From an uncultured Gammaproteobacteria bacterium (GTDB taxonomy: Bacteria; Pseudomonadota; Gammaproteobacteria; JACCXJ01), in NCBI GenBank assembly GCA_963764725.1, contig CAVXTM010000015.1, positions 64,001-128,000 of the forward strand: 64,000 nucleotides of DNA. The letters run 5' to 3'. Below, in pieces: positions 11,307-22,539 of the stretch. Under the pieces are notes generated by a model. That model was not told the DNA's origin. It did no database searches and saw only the letters and a list, made by a program, of their open reading frames with translations. Each line of letters begins with the position of its first letter. Within the stretch, counting starts at the first letter, position 1. The position numbers and the translations under genes were made by a program.

Positions 11307-12827
11307 GTGAACAAGAAATCTCTCCCATTGCTGGGCTCGGCACACCGAGCATCGTGCCGTCGCGGCATGCGCGTTCGAGGACCGGTCGCGTTCTCCCTCC
11401 TGCTGGCATTCGTCCTCCCGTCCCTGCGCGCGGAAACGACTCCCGGCCGGTTACCGCCCCCCGTCATGCAAGCGCTACAGCGGGCCAAGATCCCAGCCGA
11501 GAGCGCCGGGATCTTCGTGCAAGACACGGCTACCCGGGAGCCGTTGCTCGAGTGGTCGGCGCAAACGCCGATGAATCCCGCCTCGACCGTTAAACTCCTC
11601 ACGACCTTCGCCGCACTCGATCGGCTCGGTCCCGTCTATACCTGGAAGACCGAAATCTACGGCTCGGGCCTTACCCAAGGCGATGTGCTCGAGGGGGATC
11701 TCATCATCAAGGGCTACGGTGATCCCAAGCTGACCTTGGAACGCTTTTGGCTCCTGCTGCGCACCGTTCGGCAACGCGGCATTCGGGTGATCCGCGGGGA
11801 CTTGGTGCTCGATCGCAGCTACTTCGCTATCCCGGAGGATGACCCCGGGCAGTTCGATCACCAGCCCTTCAGCCCCTATAACACCGGACCCGATGCCTTG
11901 CTGTTGAACTTCAAATCCGTACAGATCCGGTTGTTGCCGACGGGCGCCGGTGCGGTGCGCGTGGTCAGCGATCCGAATCCCACGCAGTTGCAGCTCGTCA
12001 ACCGGCTCGGCGACGCGCGCGGGCCGTGCCGGGGCGGTCCGTCGATCGGCGTCCGCGGCGATGCTTCGCAGGTAAGGGTGACGGTCTATGGACGCTACGC
12101 CGCGGCCTGCGGCGATGGCGAGTATTACACCGCTGTCTTGGGCCACCCTCAGTACGTCCACGGCGTATTCGAGGACATATGGGGCGATCTCGGCGGCAAG
12201 CTCCACGGCCGCGTCCGCGAGGGCCTAGTGCCGGCGCACGCCGAGCTTCTGGCCGCAAGCGAATCCCCGCCGCTCGCCGAGATGGTCCGCGACATCAACA
12301 AGTTCAGCAACAACGTGATGGCGCGGCAGTTATTCCTCACCTTCGGTGCGGCCGCTCGGCAAGCGCCGGCGACCTTGGTGAAGTCGCAACAGTCGATGCA
12401 TGATTGGCTTCTCGACCAAGGCTTGGATCCGCAAATGGCCACTCTCGAAAACGGCTCGGGGCTGTCGCGCACGGAGCGCATCACGGCGCGCGAGATGGGC
12501 AAACTGTTGCTCGCCGCGTACCGCAGTCCGTTGATGCCGGAATTCGTATCTTCCCTGCCGATCGCCTCGGTGGACGGAACCATGCGCCGGCGGTTGCGCT
12601 ACACGGACGTTACGGGTCATGCTCACATAAAAACCGGCAGTCTGCGCGGCGTCAAAGCCATCGCCGGTTATGTGCACGACCGGTTAAGGCGCACGATCGC
12701 GGTCGCCTGCCTCATCAATCACCGCAACGCGGGGGCGGGCGGCGCGGCTCAGGACGCGCTGCTCCGCTGGATCTATGAGGGAGGGTCCCAAGCCCCGCGG
12801 CCCGTAACCCGGCAAGCGACGCGGTAG
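11307..12827 (+). CDS. dacB: D-alanyl-D-alanine carboxypeptidase/endopeptidase PBP4
   Basis: PASTVK (SxxK), SNN (SxN), KTG, GDP and NGSGLSR motifs. Confidence 0.93.
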   Translation: MNKKSLPLLGSAHRASCRRGMRVRGPVAFSLLLAFVLPSLRAETTPGRLPPPVMQALQRAKIPAESAGIFVQDTATREPLLEWSAQTPMNPASTVKLLTTFAALDRLGPVYTWKTEIYGSGLTQGDVLEGDLIIKGYGDPKLTLERFWLLLRTVRQRGIRVIRGDLVLDRSYFAIPEDDPGQFDHQPFSPYNTGPDALLLNFKSVQIRLLPTGAGAVRVVSDPNPTQLQLVNRLGDARGPCRGGPSIGVRGDASQVRVTVYGRYAAACGDGEYYTAVLGHPQYVHGVFEDIWGDLGGKLHGRVREGLVPAHAELLAASESPPLAEMVRDINKFSNNVMARQLFLTFGAAARQAPATLVKSQQSMHDWLLDQGLDPQMATLENGSGLSRTERITAREMGKLLLAAYRSPLMPEFVSSLPIASVDGTMRRRLRYTDVTGHAHIKTGSLRGVKAIAGYVHDRLRRTIAVACLINHRNAGAGGAAQDALLRWIYEGGSQAPRPVTRQATR

Positions 12828-12887
12828 AACAGGCGCCTCTACACCGCCTTCAGAGTATGCCTGCGGCGACCCGGCGCCAGTCCAATC

Positions 12888-13472
12888 ATGCAACGAGTGA
12901 AGCGTCTTCTTTTGATCTTCGCGGTGCTTGAATCGGGTTGCGCACAGGGACCGGAGGTCCCCGCAATGGTGCCTGACATCAACACCGCTCCGTCCATCTC
13001 CAGCCGAAAAACGATCGCCATCTCACGGGCACTAGGCGGCAAGGAGACGAATTTTTTCATGACCTCGGAGATCGATAACGAAGGCTTTCGGAAGGCCCTG
13101 AAGATCGCGCTCGAAAAATCAGGACTATTCCGCATCGTGTTTATCGACCTGCACGGTGATTATGTGCTTTATCCCAAGATTGTGTACCAAGACGTGACCC
13201 CGGGCCTGTCGATGCGCTCAGTGTTCAAGGTCGATTATCGGATCGTGGATGGCTGGAGCGAAAAGGAACTCTGGCAACGGCGGGTGATCTCGACCTATGA
13301 CGCGCCCCTCGCTGAGGCGCTGTACGGTGTGAGCCGGGTACGCAAGGCGCATGAAGGATCGGTGAGAGAAAATATTCAATCGCTGCTGATGCAATTAAGC
13401 GAATTCGTAGCCGCGGACATTGCTCGAGACTCCTCGAACCCATCAATGCCACCGGCTGGTGATCCGCGTTAG
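12888..13472 (+). CDS. Putative lipoprotein
   Basis: Hydrophobic N-terminus with a lipobox-like ESGC. Confidence 0.6.
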   Translation: MQRVKRLLLIFAVLESGCAQGPEVPAMVPDINTAPSISSRKTIAISRALGGKETNFFMTSEIDNEGFRKALKIALEKSGLFRIVFIDLHGDYVLYPKIVYQDVTPGLSMRSVFKVDYRIVDGWSEKELWQRRVISTYDAPLAEALYGVSRVRKAHEGSVRENIQSLLMQLSEFVAADIARDSSNPSMPPAGDPR

Positions 13473-13884
13473 CCCAACACTCTACCTCCGGGAGCGGGAT
13501 CTCGAGTGGCAGTTCGTGCGCGCCCCGGGACCCGGCGGTCAGAACGTCAATAAGGTCGCGACGGCGGCGCAGCTTCGTTTTCACGTCGGCAACGCTACTT
13601 ATCTGCCGGAGACGCTGCGCAAGCGGTTGTTCTACCTCGCGCGCGGGCGCATCGCCAAGGAGGCGACGTTGGTGATCGAGGCCCACCGCTATCGCAGCCA
13701 AGAACGCAATCGGCGAGACGCACTCGAACGCCTCCTGGACCTTATCCGCCGAGCCGCGATCATCCCAACGCCGCGACTGAAGACCGGGCCGACGCGCGCC
13801 TCGCGGAGCATCCGGCTCGAAAGCAAGCGCCGTCGCGGTCTGCTCAAGCGCGGGCGCAATGTCGAACCGGGGGTCGAATCCTAA
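13459..13884 (+). CDS. arfB: Ribosome rescue peptidyl-tRNA hydrolase ArfB
   Basis: GPGGQNVNK, RSQERNR, basic C-terminal tail. Confidence 0.92.
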   Translation: MIRVSPTLYLRERDLEWQFVRAPGPGGQNVNKVATAAQLRFHVGNATYLPETLRKRLFYLARGRIAKEATLVIEAHRYRSQERNRRDALERLLDLIRRAAIIPTPRLKTGPTRASRSIRLESKRRRGLLKRGRNVEPGVES

Positions 13885-14020
13885 GCCACCGGCGTGGCGA
13901 TCCGCGAACAGGTACGGCCTGGGACTGGTATCGCGACCGCTTGGCTCTTAGAATGACGGCAACTAGACGCTAAACCGATCCCATTCGATACGTCATCGGA
14001 GAACGACGAGGTATAGACCC

Positions 14021-14347
14021 ATGGATATCATGGAGCAAATCAAGACGACCATTCATAGCAATCCTATCGTGCTCTTCATGAAAGGAACGCCGGATTTCCC
14101 GCAGTGCGGTTTTTCAATGCGCGTGGCCGAAGCCTTGAAGTCCTGTGAGGTGCCATTCGCGCATGTGGACATACTGTCGCACCCCGAGATGCGCCAAAAC
14201 CTGCCTCGCTATTCCAACTGGCCGACGTTTCCCCAGATTTTCATCAACGGGGAGCTCATTGGGGGTTGTGATATCGTGATGGAGCTGCATGAGAAAGGCG
14301 AATTACAGAAAATGACACGCGCCGCGGTAGCCACCGTGACGCAATGA
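14021..14347 (+). CDS. grxD: Monothiol glutaredoxin
   Basis: CGFS, WPTFPQ, GGCD. Confidence 0.95.
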   Translation: MDIMEQIKTTIHSNPIVLFMKGTPDFPQCGFSMRVAEALKSCEVPFAHVDILSHPEMRQNLPRYSNWPTFPQIFINGELIGGCDIVMELHEKGELQKMTRAAVATVTQ

Positions 14348-14511
14348 CACGGCCGGCGCGCTCCGTCGGACGCGCCTCCCGGTCCCTTATGCGCGAATTC
14401 CCGAGGCTCCGATCCGCGGGGTGGCGGCTGTCTCGCGTGGGTTATACTGATCCGCTGATCGCAACGTCCTTGTTGAGACCAGCGGGAGCGGTTGAGAGGA
14501 CTTGTGCTTTT

Positions 14512-14886
14512 TTATAATTTATCTAGTGCCCCGGTAAGTAAAGTAATCGATTCTTGCAACGGGGCCACGGCGGCGGCGGCATCCCCTTTGTCGGCCGCTA
14601 CGATCGCTGTAGTGAGCCTGTTCTGAGCCTGCTCTATATCCATACCGGCGTTTTCAGTAGCGGCGCCTTCATCGGCCTGAGCGGACGCGGCGCGGGCAGC
14701 CGCGGCGGTCTCCGGAGCTTTTCCCTGCTGAGCGTAGCCCAAGGCCTCGTTTGCGTGTTTTAGAGCTTCGGAAACGAATCCCTTGACGGTATCTACATGG
14801 AGGCCAGTACCGCCTTGAGCAAAAACACTCGTTGCGGTAAGACTGAGCGCGCCCGCGAGGAGCGCGGTGACAAAATTTTTCTTCAT
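14512..14886 (-). CDS. Secreted four-helix protein, SmbP-like
   Basis: Signal peptide ending SVFA, followed by helical repeats like EALKHANEAL...GK, similar to small metal-binding protein SmbP. Confidence 0.55.
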   Translation of the reverse strand: MKKNFVTALLAGALSLTATSVFAQGGTGLHVDTVKGFVSEALKHANEALGYAQQGKAPETAAAARAASAQADEGAATENAGMDIEQAQNRLTTAIVAADKGDAAAAVAPLQESITLLTGALDKL

Positions 14887-15158
14887 CTGTCTGTTCCTTT
14901 TCATCGTGTATAGAATTAGGAATCTCCACGAAACAGGCCGGCCGCTGCGACCATTCGATACCGAGCCTTATGGGGCTCGGCGCATAGACCTCCCTGAGGA
15001 CTCTATTTGGCCTGACCTGCCGCATTTCGCAGGATCTTAGTATAGATTAACACGATCCGGGTTTTGCGACACGGGAGGCCCGGCGCGTCGAGCCGGGATA
15101 GTCTCTCAAGCGAGCGTGTAATGGCAGCGGGTAGAGAAACGGCTGGAGCCGGCCCGCG

Positions 15159-15686
15159 TTACAGTCCCTCTTCCTCGATCGCGATATCGACCATCAGCTC
15201 GTTGCCGAGGTTTTCGAGCACCGCGCACAGTTGCTCGGTGGCTACACCGGCGGGCACACTGAGCTCGGCGGTGACCTTGAACATCACCTCCCCCGACCAG
15301 GATGCGCTCGCGCATGTCGATTCCAGCTCATCGATGCTGACGCCACGAGTGGCGAGCGCGTGAGCGATCTCTTTGATGATCCCGGGCCGGTCTTGGCCCG
15401 TCATCTCGAGTTTCACTCGGCGGAGACCGAGGGCGGGCGCGCGCACGGGCTCGGCCGCGATGGTTACGGTCAGCCCCTCTCTGCGTAGCCTCTCAAGCGC
15501 CGATTCGAGGGCGGCGAGCTTTTTTTCCGGGACGCTCGCTTGCAGCAGTCCGGCGAACTGCCCGCCGAGCGTGGCCATGCGGCTTTGCTGCCAGTTGGCC
15601 CCGTGGGCGGCGAGGGTCGTCGATAGCAGATCAATCAAACCCGGTTTGTCGGGGCTCGTGGCGGTGAGGACTAAGATTACTGGCAT
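15159..15686 (-). CDS. gcvR: Glycine cleavage system regulator (double ACT domain)
   Basis: Two ACT motifs (SPDKPGLI, GQDRPGII). Lies downstream of gcvP. Confidence 0.85.
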   Translation of the reverse strand: MPVILVLTATSPDKPGLIDLLSTTLAAHGANWQQSRMATLGGQFAGLLQASVPEKKLAALESALERLRREGLTVTIAAEPVRAPALGLRRVKLEMTGQDRPGIIKEIAHALATRGVSIDELESTCASASWSGEVMFKVTAELSVPAGVATEQLCAVLENLGNELMVDIAIEEEGL

Positions 15687-15739
15687 GGTCGTGTACTCCG
15701 TGAAATTCGTAGTATTTGACGCTCACGCTCAGAGGCTTG

Positions 15740-18682
15740 CTAGGCGATCCTGCTGCGCACGGCAGTCTCCGTGGCTTCGGCAGCCTCGGCGTACGCGGAG
15801 AGCGGCGGGCAGGTGCAGATCAATTGACGATCCCCGCGCACGTTGTCTATCCGGCCCACGGGCGGCCAGAACTTATCGCCGCGCAGACTCGCGAGCGGAT
15901 AGAATGCCTGCTGTTTGGTATAGGGGTAGCGCCACGGCTCCTCTAACAAGAGGCCCGGCGGGTGAGGCGCATTGCGCAGGAGATTATTCTCCGGATCGGC
16001 TTCTCCGCGTTCCACCGCCGCGATCTCGTCGCGGATCCCGATCATGGCCTCGCAGAAACGATCCAGCTCGCGCTTGCTCTCGCTCTCGGTCGGCTCGATC
16101 ATCAAGGTATCGGGGACCGGAAACGACATCGTCGGCGCATGGAATCCGTAGTCGACCAGCCGCTTGGCGATATCGTCCACCGTGATGCCGGTCGCCTCCT
16201 TGATCGGCCGCACGTCGATGATGCATTCGTGGGCGACCAGATTATTCTTTCCTGTATAAAGGATCGGATAGTAGGCACTCAAGCGCCGGGCGATGTAGTT
16301 GGCGTTGAGGATCGCAATTTGCGTCGCGCGTGTGAGGCCTTCGGCGCCCATCATCGCGATGTAGGCCCAGGAGATCGTCATCAGGCTGGCGGAACCCCAG
16401 GGCGCCCCGGCGATCGGTCCGATGGTACCGGCGGGCCCGGCGGCGGGATTGACGCCGCCGACTACGGGGTGATCGGGCAGATAGGGCGCGAGATGCGCCC
16501 GCACCCCGATGGGCCCGGCCCCGGGCCCCCCGCCGCCATGCGGTATGCAGAAGGTCTTGTGCAGATTTATGTGGGCGACATCGGCGCCGATGAGTCCGGG
16601 TTGACTGAGGCCGACGAGGGCGTTGAGATTGGCCCCATCCAGGTACACTTGTCCGCCGCAGTCGTGGATGATGCGGCATATCTCTACGAAAGCCTCCTCG
16701 AACACGCCGTGGGTGGAGGGGTAGGTAATCATCAGTGCGACCAATTCAGCGCGGCAAGCCTCGGCCTTGGCCTTCAGATCGCGGAGCTCGACATTGCCCT
16801 CTTCGTCACAGGCCACGACCATCACATTCAACCCGGCCATCGAGGCGCTCGCCGGGTTGGTGCCATGGGCCGAGGCCGGGATCAAACACACATTCCGATG
16901 TCCCTCACCCCGGGTTTCATGGTATTTACGGATCACGAGCAAGCCTGCATATTCGCCTTGGGAGCCGGCGTTCGGTTGCAGCGAGAAGGCGTCGAAACCG
17001 GTGATGCGGCAAAGCCTGTCCTCGAGCTCCTCGAAGAGTTGCAAGTACCCTTGGGTCTGATCGAGCGGCGCGAAGGGGTGCAGCGCGCTGAACTCGCGCT
17101 GGGAGAGCGCTTGCATCTCGGTCGTGGCGTTGAGCTTCATAGTGCAAGAACCGAGCGGAATCATCGCGCGGTCCAAGGCGATGTCCTTGGCGGCGAGCCG
17201 CCGCAGGTACCGCATCATCTCGGTCTCGGAGTGATAGGAATTGAAGACCGGATGGCTGAGCAAAGCGCTCCGCCGCCGCAAGCCTTCCGGTACGCATTCC
17301 ACGATCTCGGCATCCAAACGCTCGATGTCGAGCAGTGCGTCGGCTTGGGTCGAGAACACCCGCAAGAGCTTGCGCAGATGCTCGCGGGTGGTGGCTTCGT
17401 CAAACGTGATGCCAAGGTAATCGGCCTCGAACACCCGCAGATTGATTTGCGACTCGCGCGCGCGAGCGCCGATGCGCCGGGCTTGTCCGGGGACCCTCAC
17501 GGTAAGCGTGTCGAACCAGCCGCGAGTCACGACCTCGAAGCCGAGTTTTTCAAGCCCGGCGGCGAGGATTTGGGTCAGACGGTGCACGCGGTCCGCGATG
17601 CGCTTCAGGCCCTTGGGGCCGTGGTAGACCGCATAAAAACCCGCGATGTTGGCGAGCAGCGCTTGGGCCGTACAGAGGTTGCTGGTCGCCTTTTCCCGGC
17701 GAATGTGCTGCTCCCGCGTTTGCAAGGCCATACGATAAGCCGGTTGTCCGAGGCTGTCGACGGACACGCCGATGATCCTTCCTGGCACCGAACGCTTATA
17801 GGCATCGCGGGTGGCGAAAAATGCCGCGTGGGGCCCGCCGTAGCCCATCGGCACGCCGAAGCGCTGCGCACTTCCGACGACGATATCGGCCCCCATCTCG
17901 CCCGGCGGCTTAAGCAGCACCAGGCTCAGCGGATCGGCCGCGACGGTGACCAGCGCCTGCTTCGGGCGGGCAGCGGCAATCACGGCCTGAGGATCCCGGA
18001 CCTCGCCGCTGGAACCGGGATACTGAAGCAGGACGCCGAAGAATTCGTGGCGTTCGAGATCGGTGTAGGGATCAGCCACGACGATTTCGATGCCGAGCGG
18101 CCGGGCGCGGGTGCGAACGACGGCAACGGTCTGGGGATGGCAATCGCGATCGATGAAGAATACATTGGATTTCGCCCGTGAGAGTCGCCGCGACATCGTC
18201 ATCGCCTCGGCCGCGGCGGTCGGCTCATCGAGCAACGAGGCGTTCGCGATCTCCATTGCCGTGAGGTCGATGATCATCTGTTGGAAATTGAGGAGCGCTT
18301 CGAGCCGCCCTTGGCTCACCTCGGCTTGATAAGGCGTATAGGCCGTATACCAACTCGGGTTCTCCAGCACGTTGCGCTTGATGACCGCCGGCATGATAGT
18401 ACCGTGATATCCCATGCCGAGCATGGAGACGAAGACCTTGTTGCGCTCGCGCATCCGGCGCATATACGACAACGCCGCCCGTTCGCTCATGGGCGGGGGT
18501 AGATCCAGAGCGTGCTCTGCACGGATGCTGGGCGGCACGGCCCGGTCGATCAGATCCTCGAGACTCCGCAGGCCGAGGATCCGTAGCATTTTAGCGCACT
18601 GCGTACGGTCAGGCCCGATATGCCGGCGCATGAAATCGTCGTGCATTTCAAGCTCGGTCAAAGACGGCGTCGGCTCCGGCAT
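15740..18682 (-). CDS. gcvP: Glycine dehydrogenase (decarboxylating)
   Basis: [32 protein letters not shown] site [16 protein letters not shown]. Confidence 0.97.
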   Translation of the reverse strand: MPEPTPSLTELEMHDDFMRRHIGPDRTQCAKMLRILGLRSLEDLIDRAVPPSIRAEHALDLPPPMSERAALSYMRRMRERNKVFVSMLGMGYHGTIMPAVIKRNVLENPSWYTAYTPYQAEVSQGRLEALLNFQQMIIDLTAMEIANASLLDEPTAAAEAMTMSRRLSRAKSNVFFIDRDCHPQTVAVVRTRARPLGIEIVVADPYTDLERHEFFGVLLQYPGSSGEVRDPQAVIAAARPKQALVTVAADPLSLVLLKPPGEMGADIVVGSAQRFGVPMGYGGPHAAFFATRDAYKRSVPGRIIGVSVDSLGQPAYRMALQTREQHIRREKATSNLCTAQALLANIAGFYAVYHGPKGLKRIADRVHRLTQILAAGLEKLGFEVVTRGWFDTLTVRVPGQARRIGARARESQINLRVFEADYLGITFDEATTREHLRKLLRVFSTQADALLDIERLDAEIVECVPEGLRRRSALLSHPVFNSYHSETEMMRYLRRLAAKDIALDRAMIPLGSCTMKLNATTEMQALSQREFSALHPFAPLDQTQGYLQLFEELEDRLCRITGFDAFSLQPNAGSQGEYAGLLVIRKYHETRGEGHRNVCLIPASAHGTNPASASMAGLNVMVVACDEEGNVELRDLKAKAEACRAELVALMITYPSTHGVFEEAFVEICRIIHDCGGQVYLDGANLNALVGLSQPGLIGADVAHINLHKTFCIPHGGGGPGAGPIGVRAHLAPYLPDHPVVGGVNPAAGPAGTIGPIAGAPWGSASLMTISWAYIAMMGAEGLTRATQIAILNANYIARRLSAYYPILYTGKNNLVAHECIIDVRPIKEATGITVDDIAKRLVDYGFHAPTMSFPVPDTLMIEPTESESKRELDRFCEAMIGIRDEIAAVERGEADPENNLLRNAPHPPGLLLEEPWRYPYTKQQAFYPLASLRGDKFWPPVGRIDNVRGDRQLICTCPPLSAYAEAAEATETAVRSRIA

Positions 18683-19076
18683 CGCAAAGCCCCTCCTCGG
18701 CAAAGGCTATTGTTTATTTTAGTTGTTACGTCGTAATCATACCAACAAGACGCCGACGGCCGTGGCATCGCGGCATATACGGGATCCGTCTCGTCAAGAC
18801 CGCAGCGCGTGAGTTCCGTCAGCTCGACCCGTCGCGTGCTCTGCCGCGGTGGGAGGGATGACCGTGAGGCCGATTGTCGAGGCTAAAAGCACCCCGGAGC
18901 AAGGTAATTTCGGCATTGCTTTGCCTCCCCTTTTCTTGTATACCCCGTACACTCTCTTTAATTCGCGAAAATGAAAAAATCTCAAGGAAGTTATGCGAGA
19001 TGCCGACTCCGTCAAAAATCCGACCGCCGGATGTAGACTTTACTGACAACCTAAGATTGGTCGCTAGGCAGCCCGC

Positions 19077-20783
19077 ATGGGATGGGAGCGGGAAGGTCAA
19101 CTGCGCCTCATTCGACGAGTGAGCGTCGTTCCATGGGTCGTGTTGCCGGTGCTCCTCGGGATCACAGCGGTGGTTCAGGCTTATGCCGCAGCGACGACAC
19201 TGACCGCCGGCGGAAAGCATACGTGCGCGCTCCGCTTCGACGGCAGGCCCGTATGCTGGGGTTCGCTAGCATCACCGTTCAGTCACCACTTCGTGCAGCT
19301 CAGTGCTGGCTTTGAACACACTTGCGGATTGCGCTCCGATGGTGCCGTGACGTGTTGGGGCGATAACGATCTTGGACAAGCAGCCCCACCGAGTGGCGGC
19401 TTTACCGAAGTCAGCGCTGGCGAATCCCATACCTGCGGGATTCGCCCGGGTGGCCGCGTGGAATGCTGGGGTGACAATCGCTCTGGACAAGCAGCGCCCC
19501 CCGATGATCCGTTCACCCACCTCAGTGCGGGGAGCTGGCACACCTGTGGGGTGCGCCCGGATGGCACAGTGAGGTGCTGGGGGAGCAATTGGTTGTTTTA
19601 TCGACCATTGACGCCTCCGCCCGGCAGTTTCGTCCAAATCGCCGCCGGGCAGTTGCATTCCTGTGGGCGGCGTGCCGATGGCACCGCCGCTTGCTGGGGA
19701 AGCGATTTCTATGGTCAGAGCAGTCCCCCGCCCGGTGCATTCATCCAGCTTAGCGCGGGCCGCTACCACACCTGCGGACTGCGGCCCGAGGGTCAGGTGA
19801 CCTGCTGGGGGAACAATAACTACAAACAAAGCGACGTGCCGAACGGTGTATTCATAGAAGTTGCCGCGGGCGGCTATCACACCTGCGCGGTACGCCCGAC
19901 CGGGCGGGTCGAGTGTTGGGGAGAAAACCGCTATAGACAGGCTAGCCCTCCTGGCGATAGCCTAGGTCTCGGACGTGTAAGCGCGGGCGGATTACACAGC
20001 TGTCAGCGGCAGAATAACGGTTACGTTCAATGCTGGGGATCCAACAGGGACGGGCAGGCAAAAGCCCCCGAACCGCCCTTCACGCAGATCAGTGCAGGGT
20101 ACATGCACACCTGCGGGCTGCGTCCCGACGGTAACGTAGCATGCTGGGGATCTAACTCAGATAGGCAATCCAGGCCCCCGGCCGGTAGCTTCGTCCAGGT
20201 TAGTGCGGGATACCTGCATACCTGCGGGCTGCGCCCCGACGGTCGCGCGGAATGCTGGGGGAAAAGGCATTCGTACCAAGGAACGCCCACCGAGGGTGCC
20301 TTTCGCGAGCTCAGCAGCGGTGGCGTACACACTTGCGGGCTACGCCCCGATGGCCACGTGCAATGCTGGGGGCTCAACTCAGATGGACAGCTAACCGCAC
20401 CCGGGGCCCTCTTCATGGACATCAGTGCGGGTGGCATGCACACGTGCGGGCTACATCCGGATGGGCACGCACAGTGCTGGGGGTCCAATTCGGATGGACA
20501 AAGCACACCGCGGGCCGGTAGCTTCGTCCAGGTCAGTGCGGGATACCTGCATACCTGTGGGCTGCGCCCCGACGGTCGCGTAGAGTGCTGGGGAAACAAC
20601 TATCGACAGACGCTCGCCGCAGTAGTGGGCGAGTTCATTCAAATCGCCGCGGGCGGCGACCACACCTGCGGGGTACGCCCCGACGGCAGCGTCGCTTGCT
20701 GGCGCTCCATGAGCGTGCTCGATACGAAACCTGCACCAACTGTAAGAGGAGGTATTGAATACCCATTTCCACCCATGCGTTAA
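19077..20783 (+). CDS. Secreted RCC1/BLIP-II-type repeat protein (14 repeats)
   Basis: Fourteen ~37-aa repeats of form SAGxxHTCGLRPDGxxxCWG after a signal-peptide-like segment. Confidence 0.9.
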   Translation: MGWEREGQLRLIRRVSVVPWVVLPVLLGITAVVQAYAAATTLTAGGKHTCALRFDGRPVCWGSLASPFSHHFVQLSAGFEHTCGLRSDGAVTCWGDNDLGQAAPPSGGFTEVSAGESHTCGIRPGGRVECWGDNRSGQAAPPDDPFTHLSAGSWHTCGVRPDGTVRCWGSNWLFYRPLTPPPGSFVQIAAGQLHSCGRRADGTAACWGSDFYGQSSPPPGAFIQLSAGRYHTCGLRPEGQVTCWGNNNYKQSDVPNGVFIEVAAGGYHTCAVRPTGRVECWGENRYRQASPPGDSLGLGRVSAGGLHSCQRQNNGYVQCWGSNRDGQAKAPEPPFTQISAGYMHTCGLRPDGNVACWGSNSDRQSRPPAGSFVQVSAGYLHTCGLRPDGRAECWGKRHSYQGTPTEGAFRELSSGGVHTCGLRPDGHVQCWGLNSDGQLTAPGALFMDISAGGMHTCGLHPDGHAQCWGSNSDGQSTPRAGSFVQVSAGYLHTCGLRPDGRVECWGNNYRQTLAAVVGEFIQIAAGGDHTCGVRPDGSVACWRSMSVLDTKPAPTVRGGIEYPFPPMR

Positions 20784-20816
20784 GAATCCTCGGCTGTGCG
20801 TGCTTCCTGCGGATCG

Positions 20817-21971
20817 TTACAGGTAACGCTCGGAGAGCAGCGCGTAGATCGCACTCCACATGCGCACTCCGTCCATCGCATCCGGCGCTACATCGACGTG
20901 CGCCAGGCCGCGGGGGAGGAAGATCTGACTCTGTCCCGCGGGGAGAGCCGCGGCCAAGGCTACGCTCTCGGTGTAGGGGATCATCGAATCGTCGACGCCG
21001 TGGACGAGAATGAATCGGGTCTCGAGCCGTGAGAGATCGCGCGCGGCGAGGTTAAGTCGCTCGACATCCGTTCGCAACGCCGGAGGAAACCGGCTCAGCA
21101 GGTGCGCGCTGCGCGCGGGGTCCCGGTTCACGATGAAATCGTAGACTTGGCGGGCCTCGGCACTGAGAGAGGTGAGGAGATCACTGACCTCCGCCTTTGG
21201 ATTTACTAATTTCCGCCGCGCCAGCGTGCCGAGGAGATAGCGTTCGCGGGCATTTTCGAGACGCGAGGCGTTACTGACCGCGTAGACCCATTTCCCGTAT
21301 TCATGCGGCTCATTTCTTAACGAAAGACCATAGGCCTCATAGTGCCCGGTCGTGAAATAGGTCAGCACGCGCGGCAGATCGAAATAGCCGCCGACGGAAA
21401 TAAGAAAAGGTACCCGCCGCGACAAGGAGGAGTCGAGCAAGGCCAAGAGCGCGGGTCCGACGGCGACACTCGTCGTCAGGATGCCCGCACGGCCGGCGGG
21501 CGTTAGCTCTTTCCGGGAGCGCAGATAGGTGACGGCGTCGGCCACGTCGCGGCGGCTTTCGGGTAGCAGCTTTAGCTCACGCAAGGCGACGATGTCGGGT
21601 ACCAACACCGCGAAGCGCGCGCGTGCCAGGGTGGTCGCAAAGCGGATGACGCGCGGGTCCTCCTTGCCCTCGGCGGCGGCACCGGGGACGAAAACGATCC
21701 CCGCGAGCACCGGATCGGCCGTGCGGTAAAGATCTGCCCGATAGTGACGCTCCTCAACCGCGAAGCTGAGGGGTGTGTGCAGTGCGGCAGGACGGATGTC
21801 GATCGCCGCCGCCGGTGCGCGCTGAACGAGATCGAGGAGCGTCAACAAGGCCTCGTAACCCTGGCAGAGGTTGCGCGCGTAGACCACGGCCAATGCGATG
21901 GCCGATCCCAGGAGGACGCCGAGGACCCAGCGGCGCGCTGAGAGCTTGTGAATAAACCTTCTGCGCGTCAC
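20817..21971 (-). CDS. Membrane-anchored alpha/beta hydrolase-like protein
   Basis: N-terminal transmembrane segment, VLVPD, LVHGVDDSMIP, late His (LAHVD). Confidence 0.7.
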   Translation of the reverse strand: MTRRRFIHKLSARRWVLGVLLGSAIALAVVYARNLCQGYEALLTLLDLVQRAPAAAIDIRPAALHTPLSFAVEERHYRADLYRTADPVLAGIVFVPGAAAEGKEDPRVIRFATTLARARFAVLVPDIVALRELKLLPESRRDVADAVTYLRSRKELTPAGRAGILTTSVAVGPALLALLDSSLSRRVPFLISVGGYFDLPRVLTYFTTGHYEAYGLSLRNEPHEYGKWVYAVSNASRLENARERYLLGTLARRKLVNPKAEVSDLLTSLSAEARQVYDFIVNRDPARSAHLLSRFPPALRTDVERLNLAARDLSRLETRFILVHGVDDSMIPYTESVALAAALPAGQSQIFLPRGLAHVDVAPDAMDGVRMWSAIYALLSERYL

Positions 21972-22056
21972 GATAGCTGCGTTGCGCGGGTCATCATGAT
22001 CTCGCTTTGGTCACTGATAGGATAATATAAAGCATCACCATTAAGACCGGGCGATT

Positions 22057-22536
22057 ATGAGCTTTGCGACCGCCGATCTCTACGATCAGCACGAACACAG
22101 GGTCCAGGTGCTGGCGCCCATGTTGTCCGACTATGGGGGCAAGCGGCGGTTTTCCGGGCCGATCGCGACCGTCAAGGTCTTCGAGGATAATAGCCTGGTA
22201 CGCGCGGCGCTCGAGGAGCCTGGCGCTGGCAAGGTGTTGGTCATCGATGGCGGCGGGTCGCTCCGCTGCGCGCTGGTCGGCGATAAGCTGGCGGAGCTGG
22301 CGAGCCGGAACGGCTGGGCTGGGCTCGTGGTCTATGGGTGCATACGCGATGCCGCGGCCATCGCGACGATCCCGATCGGGCTCAAGGCGGTAAACACCAA
22401 TCCGCGCAAGAGCGTCAAGCAGGGCGCGGGGGATCGGGACATACCGGTGCAGTTCGCGGGGGTCACCTTCACGCCAGGCGGGTATCTGTATGCCGACGAA
22501 GACGGCGTCTTGATCTCGGAACAATCCCTGGCGTGA
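22057..22536 (+). CDS. rraA: RraA / HMG-aldolase family protein
   Basis: TADLYD, FEDNSLV, VLVIDGGGSLRCALVGD, GCIRD, YADEDG. Confidence 0.92.
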   Translation: MSFATADLYDQHEHRVQVLAPMLSDYGGKRRFSGPIATVKVFEDNSLVRAALEEPGAGKVLVIDGGGSLRCALVGDKLAELASRNGWAGLVVYGCIRDAAAIATIPIGLKAVNTNPRKSVKQGAGDRDIPVQFAGVTFTPGGYLYADEDGVLISEQSLA

Positions 22537-22539
22537 TCT

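Noticed and set aside
15962-18181. Long antisense ORFs (739 aa opposite gcvP; 598 aa opposite hsdR)
   Set aside because: Typical shadow ORFs of high-GC coding sequence, with no recognisable motifs.
18690-18830. Glycine riboswitch upstream of gcvP
   Set aside because: No GGAGA...GAAGG...CTCAGG aptamer pattern seen.
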